Program-made: the position numbers and the translations under genes
Part shown: positions 50,744 to 60,073 of the stretch, piece after piece
Layout of the letters: the number at the start of each line of letters is the position of its first letter
How positions within the stretch are numbered: position 1 is the first letter of the stretch
Notes under the pieces: generated by a model
Told to the model about the DNA's origin: nothing
Databases searched by the model: none
Seen by the model: the letters and a program-made list of their open reading frames with translations, nothing else
Origin: an uncultured Candidatus Saccharibacteria bacterium
GTDB taxonomy: Bacteria; Patescibacteriota; Minisyncoccia; Phycocordibacterales; 2-02-FULL-43-11
Assembly (NCBI GenBank): GCA_964348785.1
Contig: CAYGDO010000001.1
Location: 21,724-85,723, forward strand
Direction of reading: 5' to 3'
DNA length: 64,000 bases

Positions 50744-50827
50744 GCCGCGGTGGCGGAATTGGCAGACGCACGGGACTCAAAATCCCGCGATCGCGAGGTC
50801 ATGAGGGTTCAACTCCCTCCCGCGGCA
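50744..50827 (+). tRNA. tRNA-Leu (anticodon CAA)
   Basis: GCCGCGG acceptor, anticodon stem CGGGA/TCCCG with loop CTCAAAA, long variable arm, T arm GAGGGTTCAACTCCCTC, discriminator A. Confidence 0.8.
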
Positions 50828-50940
50828 TCAATCCTTACCTAGCTTTCAAAGAAAGCGTCAGGTGGGAGTTGAAGCCTTGTTGAGAAATTTTATAAGCGTA
50901 GCGAAATAAAATATCCAACAAGGGGACTGAAACTGTAAGT

Positions 50941-50960
50941 TTCAACTCCCTCCCGCGGCA
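50941..50960 (+). repeat. 20-nt direct copy of tRNA-Leu 3' end (TTCAACTCCCTCCCGCGGCA), about 110 bp downstream of the tRNA
   Basis: identical to 50808-50827. Confidence 0.8.
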
Positions 50961-51080
50961 CAAAACAAAGAAGTCTGATGTAACACATCAGCGACTATTA
51001 TTTTGTAGTACGCAAATTTGAGTTAAAAGACGGAGGCATTTTTATGATATTATAAAAACAATATAATTTTATAAAAATCT

Positions 51081-52178
51081 ATGGAACAAAATCTAGATAC
51101 CAATTCGTCAGAAAATTTTAAAACAACCACCACAACAAAAAGAAACCTTTTATGGCCCGTTGTGATATTAATAACAATTATCGCAATAGGATCAATAGGA
51201 TGTTTTATTTATTTAAAAAAATCCCCTGAAACAATAGCCACATCCAACCAAAACGCAAAAATTTCCTGGAAATACAATCCTTCAAAATTAATTTTCAACT
51301 TACCACAGAAAAATAATAATTCTACTATCAATATTGCCGCTATGTGTCTAAATGGAACAGATTGTAAAGACACTATCAATTCTAAACAAGAAAACCCGAG
51401 CTACTATACCTGCACTTCGGATAAACAATGTTCTTTTTTCAATGGATTCACTGGAGTAAAAAGTAAAAATGAACAACCCCTAAACAATGTCCCAGGGGAA
51501 ACAAGAAGAGCTGTTTCTGCATCAAATCAAAAACCAGGCGAAGGTACTACGATTACGGAACCTGCCCTACCAAAACAAAGCGCTGGTTCCTCAGAATGTT
51601 TCAATAAAGAAGAGCTAATAAAAAACGCGCTTAATAAAAACGAATTAAAAGAAGACCTTTCTATACAATGTGAGTGTGGAATCAAACCTCCAACAAATTC
51701 AGTTACCGCTTCTCCAAGTATAATAAATGCCGAAACAGGAGAAACTACACCCGGAACTATTTCAAATATTAAAAATAAAGCCGAAGATTTATGGGTTTGC
51801 ATGCAACCAGAGGCACGCCCAGATATTATGACTGATAATTTTATATTTCCTCAAAATATTGGCGTCAATGAACCCTTCTCAATTTCTTTTAATTACAAAA
51901 ATGTTGGAACAAAAGAATGTCTAGAAAGTTATTTTCAAGCTGATGTAACTAGAAAAACAGATAACAAAATAGAAAATCTGGGCTCAATCGGCGCACATTT
52001 ACTTTATGCAATACCTCTTAGTCCAAATAAAAATGAATCTTTTGTATTTGGTCATCAATTACTTCCAAAATTTGATATTGCCGGAGACTATCAATTAGAT
52101 ATTACAATGTTCTGCGAATTACCATTAGAAACACACATGATAAACGGCTTAAAAGAAATACATATTAAAGTAAATTAA
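51081..52178 (+). CDS. membrane-anchored extracellular hypothetical protein
   Basis: 365 aa, N-terminal TM, Cys-containing ectodomain. Confidence 0.5.
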   Translation: MEQNLDTNSSENFKTTTTTKRNLLWPVVILITIIAIGSIGCFIYLKKSPETIATSNQNAKISWKYNPSKLIFNLPQKNNNSTINIAAMCLNGTDCKDTINSKQENPSYYTCTSDKQCSFFNGFTGVKSKNEQPLNNVPGETRRAVSASNQKPGEGTTITEPALPKQSAGSSECFNKEELIKNALNKNELKEDLSIQCECGIKPPTNSVTASPSIINAETGETTPGTISNIKNKAEDLWVCMQPEARPDIMTDNFIFPQNIGVNEPFSISFNYKNVGTKECLESYFQADVTRKTDNKIENLGSIGAHLLYAIPLSPNKNESFVFGHQLLPKFDIAGDYQLDITMFCELPLETHMINGLKEIHIKVN

Positions 52179-52183
52179 TTTGC

Positions 52184-53119
52184 ATGTATCCTAGAAAAAG
52201 ATTTCTAATTCCTCTAATTTTTGCGACTCTATTTTTTATTTATTTCTACAAAAACCCAGAAGACATCTTTTACGTTCAAAAATTATTTGGCATAGCTCCT
52301 TGCCAAAAACCCATAACCTATAAAATTGAAGATTTAGATAGCGGATTCAATTTATCCAAGGAGGAGTTCATAAAAAATTTAAAACAAGCTGAGTTGGTTT
52401 GGGAAAAATCAATAGGAATAAATCTGTTTGAGTACAATCCTGAAGGCAAAATAAAAGTCAGTCTGATTTACGACTACAGACAAGAGACTACAAATGCCTT
52501 AAAAACCATAGACAAAAATATATCGAGTTCTAGACGGGAATACGAAAGGTTAAAATCAGAATACCTTAGTTTAAAAAACACTTACGAAACTAAAGACCGA
52601 GAATATGATTCTTTGGTTCTAGAATTGAATAAAGATAAAATAAATTTTGAGCAAAAAATAAAATCTTGGAACCAAAAAGGTGGTGCGCCAGAAAATGTGT
52701 ACCAAGAATTAAATATAGAAAAACAAGAATTGCAAAACAGAATTACTGAACTTAATAAAATAAATTATGAACTAAATGGTTTGATTTCTACTATAAATCA
52801 AAAAGCTTCAAATTTAAATAATTTAGCTAAAAGCTTAAACTTACACGTTGATACATACAATACAGTTGGACAAAAAACTGCAAAAGAATTCAACGAGGGT
52901 ATATATGAACAAAAAGGAATAGAGCAATCAATAAAAATCTATCAGTTTGAAAACAAAACAAAACTTATAAGAGTTTTGGCCCACGAATTTGGCCACGCCC
53001 TTAATCTTGATCATATAAACGAGAAAGAAGCCATAATGTATGAACTAAACACATCAAACAATATGACACCCACCCAAACAGAACTCAATCAATTAAAACA
53101 AATCTGCCACGTAAATTAA
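52184..53119 (+). CDS. matrixin/metzincin-like zinc metalloprotease with coiled-coil insert
   Basis: 311 aa; HEFGHALNLDH...M (HExxHxxGxxH + Met-turn candidate). Confidence 0.55.
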   Translation: MYPRKRFLIPLIFATLFFIYFYKNPEDIFYVQKLFGIAPCQKPITYKIEDLDSGFNLSKEEFIKNLKQAELVWEKSIGINLFEYNPEGKIKVSLIYDYRQETTNALKTIDKNISSSRREYERLKSEYLSLKNTYETKDREYDSLVLELNKDKINFEQKIKSWNQKGGAPENVYQELNIEKQELQNRITELNKINYELNGLISTINQKASNLNNLAKSLNLHVDTYNTVGQKTAKEFNEGIYEQKGIEQSIKIYQFENKTKLIRVLAHEFGHALNLDHINEKEAIMYELNTSNNMTPTQTELNQLKQICHVN

Positions 53120-53157
53120 CCTTATTTAATATTTTTGATATTTAATTTTTAATTTAT

Positions 53158-53379
53158 TTAAACTAATTTCTTCAATTCATCTTGATATTTCTTCATCACC
53201 TCCATCGTAACAGTCATTTGATCTCTTCCTGATTTCATTGCTTCTTCAATTTCTTTGCCTATTTTTGTAAACAAATCTGGATTTTTTTCCATCATAGCAA
53301 AAACCTTTTCTTGCTGATCTTTTGGAACATCTTTCATCTTTGCCTGTAATAATTTCTTCATCAAAAACTCTTTAAACAT
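53158..53379 (-). CDS. small charged hypothetical protein
   Basis: 73 aa. Confidence 0.35.
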   Translation of the reverse strand: MFKEFLMKKLLQAKMKDVPKDQQEKVFAMMEKNPDLFTKIGKEIEEAMKSGRDQMTVTMEVMKKYQDELKKLV

Positions 53380-53438
53380 AATTATGATTTTATCTTGTAA
53401 ATATAAATTAAATAAATTTCTTTAAATTCTATCACCTG

Positions 53439-53450
53439 CTTCTAACGGGA
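53439..53450 (+). repeat. CTTCTAACGGGA motif copy (upstream of GC-rich histidine phosphatase)
   Basis: same motif at 54395-54407 (+), 63738-63746 (+, partial), 54295-54307 (-), 34512-34523 (-), degenerate 61642-61653. Confidence 0.6.
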
Positions 53451-53594
53451 CAAGTCAAAAAATCTAATAATTTAGACCTTAAATTTAACATAATTTTAGA
53501 CCTTTTCTGAATTTGACTATTTACCACAAAAATGTTATTGTCCTTTTTGGATTCTTTTCCAACAACAGGCAAACCTCAACCTCAATCCTGAATA

Positions 53595-54236
53595 ATGAAC
53601 ACCACACCCAAAATCTGGGAATTGGTCAGTGTCCTTATCCTCGCCCGGCACGGCAAAGCCGTCGCCGCCGAAGGTCGCCCAGACGCCGAACGCAAGCTCA
53701 ACGAACTCGGGATCGCCCAGGCCAACGCCCTCGGCTTCTCCGTTCAAAAGCTCGAGATCGACATCGTTCTGTCATCCCCGCTCAAGCGGGTGGTGAGCAC
53801 CATGCGCACCGCGACCAACGACACTATCCCGATCCATCCGGTCGCCGAACTCACCTGCTCGGATGATCCGATTGACCCGATCCAGATCATGTGGGGCAAG
53901 CTCGGCAATGTCCCCATCTCTCGATACTTCGCTGAGGCCGCCGGCGAATATCTCAAGGTCTGGGGGCAAACAGCCCTCGGTGCCATCATCCGCGAACTCC
54001 AAAATGGCGGACACGACCAGAAGGTTCTCGTCGGCGGACATGCCGTTCTCCAGAATGCCCTCTTATGGGCAATCTCCCAGTCAGTCTCCGAGGACTGCTG
54101 GGCGGCGGCAGGAATGGACGAGGTCAATGAAATAGCCTGCCAAAACCTTCTCGGAGAAGGCGAGGCCTTCGTCCTGAGATTCCCATCACATGAGGCCGGT
54201 GTCACCACATGTGAACACCTCCGCCCCATGGCGTAA
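53595..54236 (+). CDS. histidine phosphatase superfamily protein (SixA/PGM-like), GC-rich
   Basis: 213 aa; LILARHGKA (RHG), SSPLKRVVSTM, VGGHA motifs; TTGACT-N17-TATTGT promoter-like upstream. Confidence 0.6.
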   Translation: MNTTPKIWELVSVLILARHGKAVAAEGRPDAERKLNELGIAQANALGFSVQKLEIDIVLSSPLKRVVSTMRTATNDTIPIHPVAELTCSDDPIDPIQIMWGKLGNVPISRYFAEAAGEYLKVWGQTALGAIIRELQNGGHDQKVLVGGHAVLQNALLWAISQSVSEDCWAAAGMDEVNEIACQNLLGEGEAFVLRFPSHEAGVTTCEHLRPMA

Positions 54237-54265
54237 CTCCGCTCACCCAGTTCTTTCTCTCAAGT

Positions 54266-54292
54266 CCCGATCCGCATCGGGGCTTTTTTATT
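54266..54292 (+). terminator. rho-independent terminator
   Basis: CCCGAT-ccgc-ATCGGGG + CTTTTTTATTT. Confidence 0.6.
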
Positions 54293-54294
54293 TA

Positions 54295-54307
54295 CCCCGT
54301 TAGAAGC
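54295..54307 (-). repeat. CTTCTAACGGGG motif copy (inverted) just after the histidine-phosphatase terminator
   Basis: ccccgttagaagc. Confidence 0.6.
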
Positions 54308-54394
54308 AACGTACACCAAATTTAAACCAAGAGACATTCTTAAAATTAATTTTAATCTAAAACCTACCAGAAAATGTTTGACCGGCCGTGTCCC

Positions 54395-54407
54395 GCTTCT
54401 AACGGGG
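54395..54407 (+). repeat. GCTTCTAACGGGG motif copy at the downstream boundary of the swivel-domain array
   Basis: gtgtcccgcttctaacggggt; close match to reverse complement of 34512-34535. Confidence 0.6.
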
Positions 54408-54440
54408 TTTATCCAAAAAACTTTATTACTAAAAAAACAG

Positions 54441-55727
54441 TTAACTACTTTTTATAATTTTTACTACACCCTTCTCCGCATCAACCTCTACCAAATCACC
54501 ATCTTTAAGAACTTTCGTGGCAATTTTGGTACCAATGATACAAGGCTTTTTCATTTCTCTAGCGACAATCGCAGCGTGAGAAGTTATCCCTCCTTCATCC
54601 GTGATAAAAGCTGAGGCTTTATTCATACCAATAATATACGAGGGCGCAGTAGTTGGAGCAACCAAAATATCTCCTTCTTTTACTTTTTCAATTTCATAAG
54701 CAGTCATTACAATTTTCACCGTCCCCCTTAAAACACCCTTATACGCAATTGCACCTTTTAACTCTTTAACATCGGCATAATCAGAAATAGCTAAAATCGG
54801 GCCTTCAAACAAAACTTGCTCCTCACCCATACCTACACAAGATACATTTTTATAAAACTTTAATTCACCAGAAATTAAACTATCGAAATCATACCACTTC
54901 AAATCTTCGAATTTAATTTTATATAAACTAGCGACCTCCTTTAAAATAGGCCTTAATCTATACATAAATTCCCAAAGGACATCCGTCCTAAATGTCCTGA
55001 AATAGACTAATTCTTGAGTGGCGACCACTAGATCTGATAATTCATCTGGTACATTCGGTCGATTAAATTTTTCTGTTATCCCATCTTTTTTAAGCCTTTG
55101 CCTTTCGGATGATAATTCCTCAATACTGTAAGGTTCGCCAAAGCCATCCCTTATTTTTATCCAGCCAAATTCTTGTTGAATTTTCTCCAAATCATCATCC
55201 CCCAAAAGAGCTTCTAAAAAATATGAATGCTTATTTTTCTTAACAGGATAACTAACATCACCAATAAATTTATTTATATCGCCTTGATAATATTTTGGTA
55301 TCTCTAATTTTAATTTATTTAAGTATAAATGTTCGAAAGCGTGTGTTAGCCAGGTATAAGCTATATTTTCACGAATCAATTTTCTAATTTCCATTAATTT
55401 ATCAGGGACCCGATCAGATGAATCTAAAATAGATTTTACCCTTTTTTTACCACTCTCATAAAATTTTTCACAATTACTTACAACCTCAAACAAATCAATT
55501 TTATTTTTGATTAATAAATCAACCTGTATATCCAAGACCTTGAGTGATTTATAAAAAGCACCGTTTTGAAATAAAAAAGCTTTTTGTTCCCAGTTTAAAC
55601 CAATTGTTTTAAAAGTCTGATAGCCATTTGCCATAAGAGAAAGCACAAAAGCTCCAAATGGACGATCCGCCCAATGTTCCCAATCATTGTAATCTAAAAC
55701 TTTCTTTTTTATTTCCTCTTTTGTCAT
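54441..55727 (-). CDS. PEP-utilising phosphohistidine swivel-domain protein, paralogue A (no ATP-grasp domain)
   Basis: 428 aa; C-terminus [46 protein letters not shown]. Confidence 0.7.
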   Translation of the reverse strand: MTKEEIKKKVLDYNDWEHWADRPFGAFVLSLMANGYQTFKTIGLNWEQKAFLFQNGAFYKSLKVLDIQVDLLIKNKIDLFEVVSNCEKFYESGKKRVKSILDSSDRVPDKLMEIRKLIRENIAYTWLTHAFEHLYLNKLKLEIPKYYQGDINKFIGDVSYPVKKNKHSYFLEALLGDDDLEKIQQEFGWIKIRDGFGEPYSIEELSSERQRLKKDGITEKFNRPNVPDELSDLVVATQELVYFRTFRTDVLWEFMYRLRPILKEVASLYKIKFEDLKWYDFDSLISGELKFYKNVSCVGMGEEQVLFEGPILAISDYADVKELKGAIAYKGVLRGTVKIVMTAYEIEKVKEGDILVAPTTAPSYIIGMNKASAFITDEGGITSHAAIVAREMKKPCIIGTKIATKVLKDGDLVEVDAEKGVVKIIKSS

Positions 55728-57175
55728 TTATTTAAAATCCTAACAACTCCACTGTTTGCGTCAACCTCCACCAAATCCCCGTCTTTAAGAACTTTCGTAG
55801 CAATTTTAGTGCCAATGATACAGGGTTTATGCATTTCGCGAGCCATGATGGCAGCATGGCAAGTAATCCCCCCTTCATCAGTAACAAATGCTACAGCTTT
55901 TTCTAAAGCAGGCATAAATGATGGAATAGTCATTGGAGCAACAACCACATCTCCTTTTTGGACTTTAACATTATCTGCGTCAGTTTTAAGAATTTTTACA
56001 ACCCCAGTTGCAAATCCTTTGTACGCAATTTTTCCCTTTAGTTCCTTTTGGTCATCATTTTGTCTTTTCAAAAAAGAATGGTTTTCGATAAATTTTTCAA
56101 CCTCACCCCCTTCCAAAACTACCGGTTCACCTAATCCGTAATAAATCAAAAAATTCTTTTTTCTTTCTTCAATATTTTTTTTATAATCTAATTTTCCTCG
56201 TAAAGCCAAAACTATTTCAGGAACACATAAATTGAGCATATTGTTGTAAGAAACATTAAGCACAAAGGCCACCTTAGACAGCAAAGGTCTAATGTGATAA
56301 CCCGATTCATGAAAGAAATCAGCGCGTTGATTCCTGACAAAAATTATTTCTCTAATTTTATCAACTATTTTTTTATCATCTACACTAAAATTTTTTGTTA
56401 AAACTTTAATTTTTTCTTCTTTTTCGAGTCGTTTATTCAATCTTTTTTCTAATTCTTTTTTTGCTTCTTCTTTAGAAATATTGTTAAGTCTATTCAATAC
56501 ATCCTCAGTCCTCCACGGCTCACCCAAGAAAAATCTCAAAGAAATCCAACCATATTTTTTAGCATGTTTACTGGCCAGTTCTTCTTTATTTAAAACATCA
56601 CTCGAAGCCAAAATTAAAAAATCTTTCTGTTCTTCTTCAACAACAGTATCTTTATTTGATACTGAAATGGCACTTAGTAATTCTTCAAACTCCTTTTCAT
56701 CTTTTGAATATTTTTTAACAAGACTCTTTGCAATATCAGTGGTCGGACCTTCAAATTGAGTTATGTTGTAAAAAACCGTGTACTTTATTTCTGTATCAAA
56801 AAACTCTTCCATCAACCTTGCTAATTCCTCATGATCTTCAATAAACAATGATTTTGCCGATAATTCCTTACATCTTTCCTGTAACTCATTGCCGAAAACC
56901 ATACATTTTTTAACCAACTCACTGACATAATCTAAGCCCTTAGAAGAAAATTTAAATTTTATTTCTTCTTCCTGCTTTTTTAAATCATTAATAAATTGAT
57001 AGAAAAAATAATTAACTTGTAACCATCTAACCAAAGTGTCTAAATCAAAAATTTCCTTTGTGGCTCTTTTATCCAACATTCCCCCAATTAAAAGATGGGA
57101 AATCATATAAGGCTCGATTCTCTCTCCAAAATAAACAATGTCCTCCTTTTTTAAATTTTCCAACTCTTTTGTCAT
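55724..57175 (-). CDS. PEP-utilising swivel-domain protein, paralogue B
   Basis: 483 aa; C-terminus [46 protein letters not shown]; 4-nt overlap with A. Confidence 0.7.
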   Translation of the reverse strand: MTKELENLKKEDIVYFGERIEPYMISHLLIGGMLDKRATKEIFDLDTLVRWLQVNYFFYQFINDLKKQEEEIKFKFSSKGLDYVSELVKKCMVFGNELQERCKELSAKSLFIEDHEELARLMEEFFDTEIKYTVFYNITQFEGPTTDIAKSLVKKYSKDEKEFEELLSAISVSNKDTVVEEEQKDFLILASSDVLNKEELASKHAKKYGWISLRFFLGEPWRTEDVLNRLNNISKEEAKKELEKRLNKRLEKEEKIKVLTKNFSVDDKKIVDKIREIIFVRNQRADFFHESGYHIRPLLSKVAFVLNVSYNNMLNLCVPEIVLALRGKLDYKKNIEERKKNFLIYYGLGEPVVLEGGEVEKFIENHSFLKRQNDDQKELKGKIAYKGFATGVVKILKTDADNVKVQKGDVVVAPMTIPSFMPALEKAVAFVTDEGGITCHAAIMAREMHKPCIIGTKIATKVLKDGDLVEVDANSGVVRILNK

Positions 57176-58632
57176 TTATTTAAAATCCTAACAACTCCCT
57201 TCTCCGCATCAACTTCTACCAAATCGCCGTCTTTAAAAACGTCAGTGGCGTTATTTATACCTACAACACAAGGAATCCCTAATTCACGAGAAACAACGGA
57301 CACATGAGCAGTAATGCCTCCATCTTCAGCCACCACGCCAGAAGCCTGGATCAAAACTGGCATAAAATCCGGACTCGTATTGGCCGCTATTAAAATATCA
57401 CCCTTATTAAACTTCTTAAAATCTTCCCCAGACAATACAACCTTAGCTATTCCTTTTGCAAATCCTTTTGAGGCCACTCTGCCTTTAAATTCTTTCTTAC
57501 CAATATCCTTATTTATCAAAAACCTTTCTTCAAACTTTTTAGCATCTTTTCCTAAAAGAATATTCAATTTGTTAGGAACGGCAATAACAATATTATATTT
57601 CGATCTTTCTTTGACCAAACTTTCGTCAGGCATCTGTCCACCTAGCGCAAATTCGATTATCTCCCTAGGATGTAAATCTTTTATAAAACCTATCGAGACA
57701 TCCTTCCTCCTTGCCAATTCCCCAAACAAAGGTTCGGCATAATACTCCAGCTTGTTTATACAAGATTTGTAATAATCTTTAAGATATGTAGCGAAAGATG
57801 CAATTCTTGCCAATTCTTTACCCTTTTCATCAAGTGATTTAACTAAATTTTCATAAGTTTTTTTATCATCAACAATTTTTTTCAAAAAATTATTTCTCTT
57901 TTGCGTAGGATTATCTTTTAATAAACCATCCAGCGTATTTTTGTAATCATTATATTCTTTAGGCTTTTCATCAAAATAACCCATAACGCCCCAAGCATAT
58001 TTACCAACAATTTCCGCAATTTTTTCTTTAATAGATTGAGAATTTATATCTTCTTTTTTTTCAAAAATAGAGGATGCTAGGTTGAGCAAATCTAATTCTT
58101 CAGATACAGATAACGTTGGCTTAATGGGTTGGGCTAAATTTATAATTATCTGATCAACATCAGATTGATTTAAAAAATGTTCCCTAATCTTTTTAACAAC
58201 AACTCTATCCAAAATTCTTAAAGTGCCCGCCGTCACCATAAATTCCCAATAAAACGTAAAATAACTATCGAAGACTTCAGCCAAATCATCATCTGTTAAT
58301 TTATTTAAATCCTTCAAAAATATTTTCTTTACGCCTTGTTCCATCTTTTCGGTAAGATATTTTTCCATTTCTTCCAATAACCCTTTATCTTTCCAAAAAC
58401 GATCAAAAACTTTTTGAAAATCTTCGTCGCTTAAAACAAAAATCCATTTTACATAGTGTTCGTTCATTAAAGAAATAATAAAACCTGTATGGGGCCAAAT
58501 TGTATGTATCTGTGAATATTGTGTAGTTATTAAATAGCATGGGTAAAAATAAGAAACACGGCCACCTTCTGAGTAAAGCTGTTTATTTTCAAAAATATTC
58601 CAATCAATTTTTTCATCTCCTTCAAAATTCAT
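57172..58632 (-). CDS. PEP-utilising swivel-domain protein, paralogue C
   Basis: 486 aa; C-terminus EDGGITAHVSVVSRELGIPCVVGINNATDVFKDGDLVEVDAEKGVV. Confidence 0.7.
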   Translation of the reverse strand: MNFEGDEKIDWNIFENKQLYSEGGRVSYFYPCYLITTQYSQIHTIWPHTGFIISLMNEHYVKWIFVLSDEDFQKVFDRFWKDKGLLEEMEKYLTEKMEQGVKKIFLKDLNKLTDDDLAEVFDSYFTFYWEFMVTAGTLRILDRVVVKKIREHFLNQSDVDQIIINLAQPIKPTLSVSEELDLLNLASSIFEKKEDINSQSIKEKIAEIVGKYAWGVMGYFDEKPKEYNDYKNTLDGLLKDNPTQKRNNFLKKIVDDKKTYENLVKSLDEKGKELARIASFATYLKDYYKSCINKLEYYAEPLFGELARRKDVSIGFIKDLHPREIIEFALGGQMPDESLVKERSKYNIVIAVPNKLNILLGKDAKKFEERFLINKDIGKKEFKGRVASKGFAKGIAKVVLSGEDFKKFNKGDILIAANTSPDFMPVLIQASGVVAEDGGITAHVSVVSRELGIPCVVGINNATDVFKDGDLVEVDAEKGVVRILNK

Positions 58633-58645
58633 AAAATTTACTTAA

Positions 58646-60040
58646 TTACAATGAATTGTTTTTAAGAATTGTGACCACACCCCTCTCCGCATCAACTTCC
58701 ACCACGTCACCGTCCTTAAGAACTTTAGTGGCGATTTTGGTGCCAATGATACATGGCTTTTTCATTTCCCGTGCAACAATAGCGGCATGAGAACTTATGC
58801 CCCCTTCATCAGTCACAAATGCCCCGGCAATTTTCATAAAAGGTAAAAATTCTGGTCTGGTCATGCTTGTAACTAAAATCTCTCCTTCTTCCATTTTTTT
58901 AGCATCTTCAGAGTGTGGATTCAAAATAACTCTCACTCTTCCTTTAACTAATCCCTTACAAGCCACAGAGCCTTTCAAATCAATATTTTTAGACTCTTGA
59001 GTATTTAAAACCTGTTCAACCATTTTCCAACATTTTTGACCTTCTTCAGAAAAATAATAATTATACTCTCCGTCTTCTGTCATGTGAACAAAAAAGCCTT
59101 CCTCTATTCTCTTTTTCAAATCATTTTCAGCTACAGTAGCAAAAAATAATTCCTCTACTCTATCAGGAATAAGACCGTTTAATAATTTTAAATCAATTTT
59201 CTGTCTTTTAGCTACCTCCCTTAAAATTTTCAACATTCCAAACAAACCAACGTAATTCAGTCTTTTTCTTTCATCACGCCATTTGGTTAATAAAACAAAT
59301 ACATCATATGGATTTTTATCAAGACCATATTTCTTTAAAATTAACTTCTTGTCAGGAGCTTCGATAATTTTTGATTCATCTAATTTTTGTAATTCAAGAT
59401 CAATAAAACCATCATCCACTTCAACAAAAGAAGAATAGTCTATTCCGTACCAGAAAAAAAGTTTCTTTAATTCATCTCTTGTTATTATCCCATTCTTTAA
59501 GTCAGACAATTTCTTATCCCATAAAGTAATAAATGATGGCTCATCTGGAATAAGAAGACTTTGTTTTTCTTCAATACCAAATTTATAGTTATTAGAAATC
59601 TTTTCTATCTCTTCGTGATCAATCCCTATATCAAAAGAATCTATAAAAATTCCACATGCCCACATTTCAAGATCCTTCTTATAAATTTCGTTATATCTTT
59701 TTATAAGATCTTCAATGTCTATAGAAGATAAATCAGTTTTGTATATTTCATACGATAGTAGTGTTAACTCTTTATCTAAAATATTCCAATCTTTTAGCCA
59801 ATCATCTACCCCTCCATCCTCAAATTTATTTAAAAAAGATTCTGATACTTTTCTCCATTGATCTTCATAAAAAGCAGCCCATAGATAATTATTTTTATAA
59901 AACAAAAAACCCTCACCCCAACTAAAAGGGAGATACTTCTGCATCATCTTACCTGCCGTCATGTACGGTAAAATAACTTGAAAGGCCCCGCATTTTCCTT
60001 CTTGTTTATAAAGTTTTCTATTGGGGTCTATTTTTATCAT
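58646..60040 (-). CDS. PEP-utilising swivel-domain protein, paralogue D
   Basis: 464 aa; C-terminus [46 protein letters not shown]. Confidence 0.7.
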   Translation of the reverse strand: MIKIDPNRKLYKQEGKCGAFQVILPYMTAGKMMQKYLPFSWGEGFLFYKNNYLWAAFYEDQWRKVSESFLNKFEDGGVDDWLKDWNILDKELTLLSYEIYKTDLSSIDIEDLIKRYNEIYKKDLEMWACGIFIDSFDIGIDHEEIEKISNNYKFGIEEKQSLLIPDEPSFITLWDKKLSDLKNGIITRDELKKLFFWYGIDYSSFVEVDDGFIDLELQKLDESKIIEAPDKKLILKKYGLDKNPYDVFVLLTKWRDERKRLNYVGLFGMLKILREVAKRQKIDLKLLNGLIPDRVEELFFATVAENDLKKRIEEGFFVHMTEDGEYNYYFSEEGQKCWKMVEQVLNTQESKNIDLKGSVACKGLVKGRVRVILNPHSEDAKKMEEGEILVTSMTRPEFLPFMKIAGAFVTDEGGISSHAAIVAREMKKPCIIGTKIATKVLKDGDVVEVDAERGVVTILKNNSL

Positions 60041-60073
60041 TTTTCATTTAGCAGACAAAGTCTTAATCAGTCT

